The notes: generated by a model from the sequence alone, not told the origin. Positions 26,591-39,100 are shown, counted from the first letter of the stretch. The stretch: DNA of 47,573 nt from Sphaeroforma arctica JP610 (GCF_001186125.1 NW_014040529.1:1-47573); one strand, 5' to 3'. Numbers and translations: made by a program.

Positions 26591-26899
26591 GTTTATCCTC
26601 CGTTCAGCCAACCAGATGTACCAGTCTGATGAAGGCTAAGTCGGTAATTCTTGATAAGTGGCAAGCTATTGGTTAATGCAATAACTAAGGACATCGAGAG
26701 CTTTTTTTTCTTTTTTTTCTTTTCCTTTTTCTAAAGATATGATTTTATGAGTCTCTCGTATTCGCCCCCACGAAACATACCATAGTTTCTAATAGAGCGA
26801 CAACGAAACACTAAATAAAATTCCTTCGGCGGAAACAGTACTGAGAGGATTATATATAGGCAATGTCTCAGCTTCACAATCCCTCAGAGTATTTGCTGT

Positions 26900-29800
26900 T
26901 TTCACGAGGCATACCTAACTTTACTAAAAGTTTCATATTTCTATCGAAGAACCTACCTACGGTATCGTGAAACTCGCAAATCTGACTTGGGCTCAATTCT
27001 ATTCGAGACCAGATCAGACCTTCACAAAGCGTCCGATTTCTGTGGTTAGATTTGTAAAATCTCAGAAACGGGAGGATCAGATAATGGTCGAGACTCTCAG
27101 TCACCAACTGGGGGTTACAAGGAGAGCAAAGGTGGAGACAAAGATGGACCTAAGAACAAGCATGTACAAGGGTCTGATGAACACAAGAACAATGTCAACA
27201 CCAAAGGCAACCCTGTGGCAAGGCTGAATAGCCGACAGCACCCCTTAAGGTTAAATATAAGGAGTCGAATAACTGTGGCGAGCTGATTGCAATTGGAGAA
27301 TAACCCAGCACGAGCCGAATGGGTGTTGGAACGGTAGGCATGCAGAAAAGTGTAAACATTTTGTCACGAAAGTGTTCTGACTGTGCAGGAATTGGAGAAT
27401 ACCATAAGCATACGTGTAAGGTACAACCGAAGATTGAAGTTAAGTAAGAATCTTAGTCTTGTCACTATGACAAAAGGATGCACCGCAAGACAAGCGGGTC
27501 ATCCTGGATGTAAGGGCTAACGGACATGAAGAAGAAAAACCGTTGTTGGATCCGGTCTCGCAATTTTTCTGTATATCATCACGCTGTAAGGTGCCGGATG
27601 TAACTCAAAAATTAGAATCTATCATCGTGTTGGAGTTATAAGACGAAAGAGAAATAACGTGTCGAGGCATGGCGGTTGATCTCAAGTTTACATTGACATC
27701 CACACTTAGCAAGTTAACTCAAACCTTTTGGACATTTACGATGTCACAAAGGTCAATTCAGAGCTCTGTGGACCAAAGAATGTGATGATGCTTTTAAGCA
27801 GCTCAAAACAGTGGTTTAGTAGGCACCAGTATGGAATACCGTTTATAGTGGCAACAGATGCATCCGACATGGCAATCGGAGGCGTTCTGTATCAGATAAT
27901 TGATGGGAAACCAAGATATGTACACTTATTTGGCAGGGCGGTGAACTCGTGTCAGATCGATTACCTGACAGTGCAATAAGTGCTTTTAGCTATTGTAACA
28001 TAACTGCACTCACTCGTTTCGAGGACTATCTATAACACGCATTTTAGTGTGTTATGCGATCAGAAATCATTACAATACCTACAGGACATGAAAACCTATC
28101 TTACAATTAGTCAGTCGGTGGCAAGGTAGTATCGCATTTTTATTTGGCATAACACATATTCCGGGTATGCTTCATTTAGTCCAAGTGACGATGCAAAAGA
28201 TTTCGATGTCACAGAATCATCGGAGGAGGCTATTCTGAAGTGGTTATGACAAAATCATGCTTTTAAACACATACACAAGGTTATGACTGAAAAAGATTGC
28301 AAAAAGTACGAAATTGTACACATAAATCTTAAGCAATATATACCTCAGGTGTATCACGAATGCGACGGCTGCGAAATTAATCGAATCAGGCGCTACGGAT
28401 ACGCACTTTTACGCAACGTATCTGATGATGAGCCGTGGCGCCGGGTTATCTTTGATTTGGTTGAGCTACTCATGTCCGAACACGCGAAAGATAAGTATGT
28501 CTGTCACGTGTTTGATGTTGCTTCAAGATATAACGTAGTATATCCTCTGAAAGACAAATCAACACAAACTGTGGCTGAGTGTATATATAAATGTTTCGCA
28601 GATTTCGACTGCCCAGCTATAGTATGTTCCGACAATGGTATTGAGTTTACAGTTGATGTCATGACAACACTGTTACTCGTTGTGTGACCATGCCATAAGA
28701 TGGGTGTACCTTATAAGCCTTAGACACAAAGTGTGAATGAGGTGCAACATAGAAAGATGAAGGAGTTCATGCTTGGAGCACTATTAAACAAAGCTGACAT
28801 GTGGTGTATCAATTAATTGGGTACAGACACAAATAAACGAGACACCAAATTCAGTCACTTGTTCAACACCCACTCACTATTTCAAGGGCCGACAAGGAGT
28901 CTCAAGATATAGTCATGTGTTACCTTGGTTAGAGAAGTTGTGTCGTACCAGAAATGTAATCTGTCCCTTGCTTGAGGGAGATGCGAACATCGCTCTCAAG
29001 GAGAGACAGAAGCGATGGAATGATACCAAGAAAATAGTCGAGTTTCGACTGTGCATACGGCTAAATTCATTAGACCATTTATGATCTCTGTGGCCAATAA
29101 GAAGAGCGGAGACGGCTCTAGTGCCTTAAATATCGGGTCACATCGTATCCCTACAACAGAGTTCATCCTTCGTCGCACATGTGAAGCTATTTCGCCTCTT
29201 ATGTCTTACGAGTTTAAGAAGATTCCCGGGAAGTACAAGCATGATAATATGACATATTACACTATGGAGTTTGCAGATGTGGCACATTACGATCTTCCAC
29301 CATCACCATTTGACGACCCAGACGTATTGAAAGCTTTCAATAAGAAGTTTCGCAAACGCCTACACAAAAACAAGGCTGATGCATATGCTATCTTACCCAC
29401 AAACAAACATCCTGATATAGTCAAGGTTTATCCCCAAACATCATTTATACCAAGCTTTAAACAGCATGGTATGTACGTACCTCCAAAAGGCACTAAGAAA
29501 CGTCCTATCCACCATCGAGGACCACAAGGACCTGAACCCAAACGTATTAGAGTAACCGAGTAGCTTGCAAAGTCTAAGTATACTTTGTCTAAGAAGATAT
29601 AATACAAGCATTGTCATTATATGATCAAAACCCGCTTCTTTTCTTTTGCTTGTACAATTCATGTGAGCTTTTTGAGTCTACATGCTAAAACTACATATAA
29701 GCCAGCATAAAATTTTCAAGCAGAGGGGGGGCTGTGTGAAATCAGCGAGATCCTTATGGTAGAACCACGTAATGTATACTATAAACGTAGTAACGTTTAT

Positions 29801-30083
29801 AGTTTATAGTTTATACTTATAATTCTGGAACACGTTCAAACGGATTTAGCATGAACAGGAACTTTGATATTTGAAATTCTGAACGTGTATTTACTAGCTG
29901 GCCTAAAGGATGTACCATGTATACTCAGGAAGTACAGCAGGCACATAATCTGTCACGCATATGATGCACACTTCAGTAAAGATTACACTTATCAACCACA
30001 AACCGAGCACACGGCTTCGAGACTTTCTGTCGCCTCAGTTCCCAATCCTGCCACCCTATAATCTGTATCGACAGCGGTTACAC
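26900..30083 (+). mobile_element. Degenerate Ty3/gypsy LTR retrotransposon A with the RT core deleted
   Basis: Zn-knuckle remnant CSDCAGIGEYHKHTC (about 27375), protease-like LLDPVS (about 27545), connection WTKECDDAFKQLK, RNase H FIVATDASDMAIGGVLYQ, integrase HECDGC..IFDLVEL..CSDNGIEF, PPT AGAGGGGGGGC (29722-29732) and a 3' LTR TGTGTG..TTACACA (29733-30083). Many stops and frameshifts; the 5' boundary is approximate. Confidence 0.88.
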
Positions 30084-30239
30084 AGTCAGTTGGCTCTTAC
30101 AGACAAATAGGAAGAACACAATCATTGTACAGCACTCTCGATATAAATACATAGCCTGCAAGCAGCAAGTGAGGCTTTCGTACTACTTTACCGCTTTCTT
30201 GCCTAACTCAGATTTTCTCGATACTTTTTGTAGGAATAT

Positions 30240-30975
30240 GCGAAGTTTGAGAACGAGGTGAAGAAATTACAATCGGTTGTCAAGCAAAAGTATACTCTAC
30301 ACTGTATAAAGAATTGTATGGAATGTGACGGAGACTATTTGCACTGTGTAGATCGAGCATTGGGTGGCACAAAATGTGAGACGGGACACGATTTCAAGTG
30401 CAAAGAGTGTGCCAATATGGTAACGCTAGTATCAATAATAGAAGCTCATGTGCGACAAACACGAAAGTCAAAAGCATAAATAATTACATGCCGAGCTTAT
30501 ACGACAGCCTTAATTTTGTGAATTTATTGAACTACTATGATACACAACCATCTAACGACGAAACAACGGGCTTGACCGGAGATGAAAACGGCAAGTGTAT
30601 GAGTTTTATTAACCTGGCACCGGTGCTACCAGTGTTGGACATAATTAGCAAAGAGATTTTTAGCTTCCAGAACCATACAGCCGGGGGAGCAAATTGGATT
30701 CAAGCAATGAACAATATCGCAACGCTTGAAGAGGACTTCTATATGCCTGAAACAGCGATCATACCTGTACGATGTAATGGGAAGAAGCATATTTTTACTA
30801 ACGAGACGGGATCAGCGCAAGGTAATATACTTGTTGAAGCAGTTCTACGCTATACTATTGGTACAAGTGTGGCAGAAGCTACTATCGGCCACCAGCAGGA
30901 AACTATTAATGGGCAACAGCAGACGCACTCAGCAGTCTTACCTACTGGAGGAATAGAAACACATCAGCCAAATAA
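30240..30975 (+). pseudogene. Degenerate DNA-transposase-like remnant with a Cys/His cluster (possibly Sola3-like)
   Basis: KQKYTLHC..C..HCVDRALGG..CETGHDFKCKEC, followed by EIFSFQNH..TLEEDF(A/Y)M..GKKH. This resembles the K.Y..H..HC..AL..C.H.H..C..C / D(W/F)AMK..FGK(R/K)G pattern I associate with Sola3-type transposases, from memory only. Confidence 0.35.
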
Positions 30976-31623
30976 CTTCTCTGTAACTAAATCCCACGCT
31001 GATCACATAATACATTTGCGCATAGGTTGTGACTCACATAGAACGCAGCTATTTTTGGAATGTTGCGGTTGACAGACTTAATCCACGCTCGGGAATCGGT
31101 TGAGAAACTTAATCTGCTCTCGGAAGTCGGTTAAGTATTATCTCAACTCTTGGGAGTAATCTAAGCAACTTGATTAGCTCTCGGGAGTGAGCTAACTCTG
31201 ATGACTTAGCTCTCGGGAGTGAACTAACTCTGATGACTTCCATAAATCAAAGAGGGTTTCTTGCTGTAAAATCTTACCTGAGACCTGTAGTCTCTCAGTA
31301 TGCACAGTCGGAGATCTAACCCGTACTCATTCCTTGTACTGCCGAATTTGCGGATACCTATGTTCTGCAACAGTTTGAAGAGGACTTCGCTATGCCTGAA
31401 ACAGCGATCATACCTGTACGATGTATTGGGAAGAAGCATATTTTTACTAACGAGACGAGATCAGCGCAAGGTAATATACTTGTTGAAGCAGTTCTACGCT
31501 ATACTATTGGTACAAGTGTGGCAGAAGCTACTATCGGCCACCAGCAGGAAACTATTAATGGGCAACAGCAGACGTACTCAGCAGTCTTACCTACTGGAGG
31601 AATAGAAACACATCAGCCAAATA
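30726..31623 (+). repeat. About 248-bp near-identical direct duplication (30726-30973 and 31375-31623)
   Basis: Both copies read TTGAAGAGGACTTC..GAAACACATCAGCCAAATA with only a few substitutions, and the ORF track shows near-identical translations. Confidence 0.95.
31085..31240. repeat. Degenerate minisatellite of about 30 bp, 5 units
   Basis: The core CTC(T)CGGGAGT recurs every ~30 bp. The last two units (TAGCTCTCGGGAGTGARCTAACTCTGATGACT) are nearly identical. Confidence 0.8.
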
Positions 31624-31696
31624 CACTGGTACGAATCGACCGATTTCACGCTAAACTAAAACCACGTTACTGTAAGAAATGACAGAGAGGTATGAA

Positions 31697-31807
31697 AGTG
31701 TAAAATCAGCGGGTTCCTATAGTAGAAGCACATATTAACGTATATTATAAACGTAATAACGTTTAAACGGTTGTACGGTTATGAAACCTGGTATACGTTG
31801 AAACGCA
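31697..31807 (+). mobile_element. Diverged LTR fragment related to the element A LTR
   Basis: AGTGTAAAATCAGCGGGTTCCTATAGTAGAAGCAC..TATAAACGTAATAACGTTTA..CTGGTATACGTTGAAACG aligns with 29733-29843. Confidence 0.75.
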
Positions 31808-34800
31808 ATTGTAGATAATTGTATCTGTATAATAATCAAATAATCTAATTATAGATATACTGAATTTACAGAAAACAAACAAACAAATAATCTAATTTGG
31901 ATATTTGGAATTACGATTGTATACGACAGAGGCCGTAGACCCTCTTATGGTTTTTCTACCCTGATGTGTTTTCCATCAGAATATTGGGATACAACACTGG
32001 GTGAGTCTCAGGTGATATTGACACTTGATGACACATGGGGATGGAGAGCTAGGTACCATGTGATGGGGTATAGGTACAGACATTTAACTGTACCACCCTG
32101 GTGTTTTTGATTTCCTTTATTTTTCTTAAGTTGGACTTAGATTTATTTTATTGATAGTTGCGATTGGAAGGTAATTTCGAGGCATGAAATGGTAAAGAAG
32201 AAAATATCATGCATCCAATGAAATGAAATCTGATCTTAGTTACTGACACCGAACAAATCTAGACCGAAGTATTGAGCGATTAGAGCGGAGCCATAAAGAC
32301 AATAGTCTCAGTCTTACATCCCCAAATCTTTAGCTCATTACAAAGGGCTGAAGCTAAACTTAAAAATTACATTGTGTAAATTTACTTTGAAATCTTACTT
32401 TTCTTTTACGTTAACTTATTGAAAACCGATAGTCAACCTGGTTAGTCTGACTTTTACAAAAGACACATTGCGTCTCACAACAAGTACATCGGCAAAATGC
32501 AAATTGTGGTAATTTCAAGGAGTGAATAGTGCGGACATGGTGTCCGCAGAAATTGCACTGCAGCGTCTAAAACGAGATGTAGGTAGTAATAGATCGCTCG
32601 TACGTAGCTACACTTGACAATGTCAAAATGAAGTACAAAAAGATCAAAGGCTCCCTTGATCCTAAACACAGAAACATCTAGACTGCCAACAGTGCGGTAT
32701 ATGCGTCAGTATTGAAATGCATGCAAAACCGTGTACAGTTTTTGACGATGATCGTACATAGTTCGGCCTTACTGATCCAAGGATATCAGAAGAGACCAAA
32801 GTCGAGACAGCAGCACAAAGCCCAACGTCTGCCGAGACACCTTCACAAACACCCGCACGAGCTACAGGTCCACAAACTCCTTCGCAAATTCCTTCGCAAA
32901 AAATATTCACCACAGACGCCCGCTACTGTACGTTCAATCGTGTACAGACACACAACTTTGTTGGTCCCTTCCCGGTGCGTGATCACAGCGCCTACAACAA
33001 TACAGATACATATAGTACCAATATATCAATGCAACGGGGTGATGATACATACAGCCAAGACTGTAATCTGAATAACTTACCAGAGTATAGTGCACAACAA
33101 AAGTACAACACACTTTCATTCAATGGTGAACATCATGAATAGAACCCTGTAGCACATCTCACCGGCTATTCAGCGTTCAGCCAGTAAACACATTATGCCT
33201 ATGGTCTCCGAATAAAATATTCAGACTATCTAAATGACTATAATGACAGAAGCCGTCAAGAACAGAATACAATTGATCAACATGACTCCTATTTTAGCGA
33301 GCACGCTGACTTCGATGGATACTTTCGACAACAGAATACTACAACTAACGAACATGATACGATATGGCCGATCAACTGTCGACAACCGCCGCAGACAATA
33401 TAAATGCAAAGCTAGAATCAACGAGTACAGCCAACGAACCACTGAGGAAGCAAACCAAAAGCACTCGGCGTCAATTTTGATGCACTGCGATTGCATACGG
33501 CGCACGAAGAGATTTCTTAATAGTGCGCTGTCTCATTTTGTATGCGAGCTGTTTAGATTGAATACAACTTTATTTAAAGAGATGCAATAAATAATGATAT
33601 ATATGTGTAACATATTCATAAGTCTGACGAGCTTGCATCGCTCATTCGTCAAGCAGCGCATCGACACAGCATGTCGTACTACATGTGACACTTCTTACTA
33701 GCTAGCAATACTGTTGATCGCTATACTAATATTCAGGGTCGTCTAAGTAACTTTGAGCGTGTGTTGATGGCCTCTAATGCGCTCCATCGCAATCTATTAC
33801 GATATGAACCTCGCTTATATTGTTATATCGTCTGGTAAAAAAGTTGGAAAAGTTAGAGGCACCGCTGTCGTCGTCTCGTAAAGACTTTTTCAATGTGCTA
33901 TTTAAGTATAGTATCCTATCAAACGCCGGAAATAAGTCATATTTCTCTCTCGTATCGTTGGTAATTGGATTTTTTCAGTTGTGAGTATTAAGTGATATCG
34001 ATTCGTATCACGATGGGATTTAAGGATCTTATGGCTTTTATATGGCCATACATGACTCCCATGAATTGCAATGACACTGTAGGCAGTGTCGGTATAGATA
34101 TGCCCTTTCTAATACGCACACATTTATCGATACAGCAACTGTGATCAATTCCTTTTACATATAGAAGGATGCAGTATGCTAATCCTTGAAGGGAGACTAT
34201 CAACTCATCCCTCTTTTTGTGCATCCGATGGTCATCGTATAGACGGCAAGCTAGGGAATACAAGCCGCAATGCAAACCGAGCTGAAGAGTACGAGCTTGT
34301 GAGGAGAAGAATTTGACTTGGATGCTCTATGTCGAGTTTGTGCAGGACCCTACAGCCTTGCCGCTGCGCAGCGCAATATTTGAAAAATAAGCTGAACAAT
34401 AGCTTGTTCAATTAAAGGGTATATGTTATATAAAGTATATACTCGAGTATGATATTGCCTACTTGGTGTTTGGTAGGGAAAACCTGAGTTGAGAACATGC
34501 TACATCTTTTGAGTGAAAAGGAAAAGCTCATGTATACATGGGAAGAGTTCTGTAAGCAATAACCAGTATATACATACTTCGAGGCGCAAAGTTTTCACGA
34601 GAAATGTAGGAGGCAAGGGGTTTTTAACTTATGTGCTCGCTTCTGCCATAGTGATTACAGACGACGTACGAGAGAAGGCTTAATGTGGCTGATGACAGTA
34701 CTCTCTGGTTATGAGATAAGTTTTCAGTTCAAAAGAAATAGCGATGCTGTATCAGCCAAGGATAGGCCACGGGTATTAGAGATCAATCAGGTAAACAAAA

Positions 34801-34913
34801 TGTTCTTCTGGCAGCCTGTGTCTGATCCTAGGTCGGAGAATTTGTCTCTTTTGTTAACTACCTACCCGATTGGATTGTACACACATTGCATATCACTGGG
34901 TTTCCTGATGTAG

Positions 34914-35008
34914 AGTCACTGTGGCCTGAATTAGGTGAACGATTGAACCAACAAACCCAGTACGAGGTTGGTTGGTTCAGTTCTTCATCTAGTTTACTAT
35001 ATCGGACT
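34914..35008 (+). ncRNA. Candidate pre-miRNA-like hairpin
   Basis: Arms 34928-34957 and 34966-34995 pair without gaps: 23 Watson-Crick, 5 G-U and 2 mismatches, with an 8-nt loop. A basal extension adds TGTGG/CTATA and AGTC/GACT. Confidence 0.5.
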
Positions 35009-36060
35009 AGTAAATTCACAGGCTCCAACCCGCTATGCTAACGGATTTTACGATGTATCATCACAACCAAGTATTCCGAACCCTTCTGTCGCCATATTTA
35101 GCATGAATTCAGGAGTATGGTGCCTTATCCACGGGTTATAGTATTCCTGAAGGTGTTAACCGATAAGAGTGTCTTCTACATCGTCTGACGTCAAAATGCA
35201 CTCATGCAACAATTTGAGACTACAAATTTCACAAAATACACACAAGCAACATTGAAGCACGAAAAAGAAAGTATCGAGTCCTGGTTTATTGATGAATTTG
35301 TTAAAAAGCATAAAGCATTGACTGTACGATCGAACATGCAACAAGAGAGACACGGACTATGTCTCTGATGATTGCGATTGGTAAATGTATAGAAGATGAG
35401 TGCTGAACAAAGTCGCTAAATGTACAATAAAAATGTGGAAAAGTCACTAAAATGTACATTCACCCATTTTGTCGATGAAAACGCACTGAAATATTGATCA
35501 AATATGTACAAATGTACATTTAGCGACAATTCTAATTTTTTTAATATACATTAATGACTTTATCGTGCAAAATTTGCTTAAATTTAAATTTTAAAAAGCC
35601 TTCGGCTATTTTTTACGAATAAATTTGTTGACGGAGGTAATGTTGTCTTTTATTATTTGCTGTTTGTGTATGCTACTTCATTGAAGCTCGTGCGCAACTC
35701 ACGTGGTCGATGATGCTCTTTTACAGGACCATATGAGAATTATATTTCCATCGTACTATGAATATCAGCTCTAGCAGGAGTTGGCATACTATCTAAACTA
35801 ATATTTGTAGCGTTTCTTTATACAGTTTAACAATCGCCAGGTTCCAATGTCCGTTCCTTTGATTCCATGTAACGAGAGATCATAACTTCGGACACCTGTG
35901 CTGTTTCCCTTGTAGACATACGCAGCCAGCACAGCATGTAACTCGTTTGNNNNNNNNNNNNNNNNNNNNNNNNNNNNNNNNNNNNNNNNNNNNNNNNNNN
36001 NNNNNNNNNNNNNNNNNNNNNNNNNNNNNNNNNNNNNNNNNNNNNNNNNNNNNNNNNNNN

Positions 36061-36095
<35 letters not shown>

Positions 36096-36099
36096 TATA

Positions 36100-36156
<57 letters not shown>
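36061..36156. repeat. (TA)n microsatellite next to a gap
   Basis: Directly visible. Confidence 0.97.
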
Positions 36157-36159
<3 letters not shown>

Positions 36160-39100
36160 TAACCCTCTCCCAAGCTGGCCGCTTGTACTTTAGTTCCTCC
36201 CAGAAGTCCTTGCGGAGATTATGCTCCCTGTACGGGCTCATGTGACACACGAGCGTAATAAAACCTGGTGCATACATCGGTTCATGCCCGTGCCGCAGGA
36301 AATCCCCTTCCTGGGATAGATCACCATCGGATCTGCTGAGAGCAGCGGAACCATCTTCTTGAACTACCTTGCTTCCGGAGTATACGGGCAAACCATCGGT
36401 CACCGTGGGCTTGTCCCATTTTATCCGCGTTACTACCTTACCCAAATCCGATCACTTCGGGTTGAAGCACCATCGCGGGCCCGTCCAGGTCCTTAAGGCA
36501 AACACACCCCCTGCCACCGTCGGCTGGTAATACGGCTTCATCCGATAATTAGCAGGGTGGGCAAACCCTTCAGCATCAAGTGGCCCGAACCGATCATCAA
36601 TCTTGTTAAACAAAGCCTCATTCACCGAGTCAGACTCCGTCTCTGGCTTTACTACCAGGCTAGTCCACATAACCCTGTCCTCCGCTGGCAAACGCCTGGC
36701 CTGCACGATGGGGTTAATATGATACCTCAGCCTAGACTGTACGTCCGCAACTGGGTTCAACGCCCCTGGGAGTTGTTCCAAGACAATGTCAAAGTCTCTC
36801 AATACCTGTGCATAGCGCGTCATCCTCCGGCCCCTCACTGACGATTCGTACGACGTCGGGTCCTGCGTGAGCATTCGTACCAAAGGCTCGTGATATGTAA
36901 ACACCGTCAAAGAGTGACGAGAACGCTTCACTATCCTCCACGCCTTATGCAAACAGTAGACTATCGCCAACGCCTCCTTGTCCGTAATGTGGAAACCAGC
37001 TGTGCCGGACTAAACTTGGAGGACCAAAAACCTACAGGACACAGCTTGCTCTCACGGCGGGCAAACAACTCCCCACCTACTCCTACCAAATCACAGGCGT
37101 CACAGTACAACTTCAATTAGTCGTCAAAGCCTGGTTCCACTAACACCCCTCTCTTAGCCACCTCTTCTCGAATATGATCAGACGCCTCCTGCTGCGCTCG
37201 ACCCCAGACAAAAGGCACGTCCTTCTTGATAAGGTTCGAGATGGGTGCCATGATCCTGGAGTAGTTGGGTATGTACTGACTCCAATAACCAATCGTATGG
37301 TACCAAGAAGCCAAAAGATCCTTGTCAGTAGGCGGCGTCATGCGAAGGATAGACTCCATACGATCCTCACTAATGTAGGATCCATTCTCAGCCATGCGAC
37401 CTAAGACCAACACCGAGCGATCCGAGAACCCAAAGCGACACTTCTTCAAGTTCAGCTTGGCATTATGCTTGATGCATGCGCAATCAAAGCCTTAATGTTC
37501 TTCCATTGCTCACGCACACTGTTGTGACCAGCACCCATATCGTCTATGTACGTCTTAAGACCGTCAACACTTTGAAAGGCATGCTCCATACGAGCTGAAT
37601 CTAGGGCGCTGGCTTAATGCCAAAAGGCATGCCCACAAACGTGTGCTTGCCCACGGCGTCCAGAACGTCAGCATGTGCTGAGAGTCTTCAGCCACCATCT
37701 GCTGACAAAATCCTTGACCCAATTCAACCATGGTCCGACACTTCGTCCCCCGGACCGCCGATAAGAACTCCTGCTCCGTAGGTACCGGATACTCTTCACA
37801 CTCAAGTGTGCCATTCAACTTCTTATAGTTGATGCAGCACCGCCAATCATGCACTGACAGCGGTACCACCCCCGGAGTTTTAAATACCAAATGAGGCATA
37901 GCACAGTAACATCTGGCTTCCGCTGCCGATATCTCACGGGTAACCCCCCCCATGATCCCAGTCGCCCACTTTTGTACCCAGCACCGAGGTGAAAGTCGGA
38001 TCCGTGTTTGGGTACACACTATACGAAGGTTGAGCTCCTTCTTTCAGCTTGAACTCCACACCATTCTTGAAGCGGATATCATTATAAACCATAAACGTGG
38101 GCGCAGCAGTGCTGTACGCAACTGACTGGATAGCAGCAATCATGTCGTCCAGCTCCTTCGTCAATAAGCCATACTTCTTATGAAGCTCGCGGAGTTGCGA
38201 CTGATCAAAATCTAAGTAGGCCTTCGAATCTACTTCCTGCACCGGAGAAGAAGTCGTCGCAACTATTGGCAAATCCACTTCTGCCAACAGGCCATGCAGG
38301 CGTGGTAACACATACTCTTCAGCATCATCAAGCTCTGCAGCGTTCATTGGGTACTCTACTTTCTTCTGCGTCTTGATGAAATATGCCTGCATAAACGACA
38401 CATAGTTCCGACGCTCCTGCTCCTTAAATTCATTGCGTAGCACTGCCTACAGACCCAAGCGAATACGAATGATGTCTAGCCGCAAATACTGCGGCACTGG
38501 ATCAGCAATATTGCGTCGCTTAGAACTGGCATCGCTCCGCCTAGTACGCACCCGTTTTTCCCGCGGGTCAAGCACTGTAGGCCGTTCCTCCTCAGCAATC
38601 AGGAAGTCCATCACCTCCGTCTGCGGTACAGTCCACATGAGTGCCAACTTATCCTTCCGACTGATAACCTAACAGAACATCTGTGTCGAAAGGGAGGGAG
38701 TCTACAACTAAGATATTCTTGAGACCTTGTTGCTGAGCGAAGAATTCTGTAACAAGACTCGGAGTAGCCCCCGTGTCCACGTACACCTCTACGTCCTCCG
38801 CACCATTCGCCCCCTGAATCACACTGCCCGATTGAGCTTTCTCCGTCAACATCGTACCAACTGCCCGAGCTAGTCACTTCTGCTTCTGCGGGCAGAACTT
38901 CTTGAAGTGACACTTCTACTTGCAGTTATGACAACGAACCAACTTATGATAAGCTGCTCTAGCCTCCACCAGATCCTCATCACCCGAGAGATCCAGTCCA
39001 GACTCATCTGATGCTTGACGTGGACGCTTCTCGCCCTTACCTTTCTGACCATGCTTGTTCTTCGGTGCCTTGTCTTTCGGTTTCTTGTTGCGCTGAATGT

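Noticed and set aside
31198..31240. Hammerhead ribozyme suggested by CTGATGA in a tandem repeat (also about 26626)
   Set aside because: There is no GAAA after a proper stem II, and I could not build stems I and III.
32660..33590. Ser/Thr/Pro-rich reading frames
   Set aside because: They are interrupted by stops with no recognisable domain, and may be a decayed gene or TE.
35102..35155. SECIS element (ATGA before a stem)
   Set aside because: It lacks the 3' GA of the quartet and apical AA, and there is no selenoprotein gene upstream.
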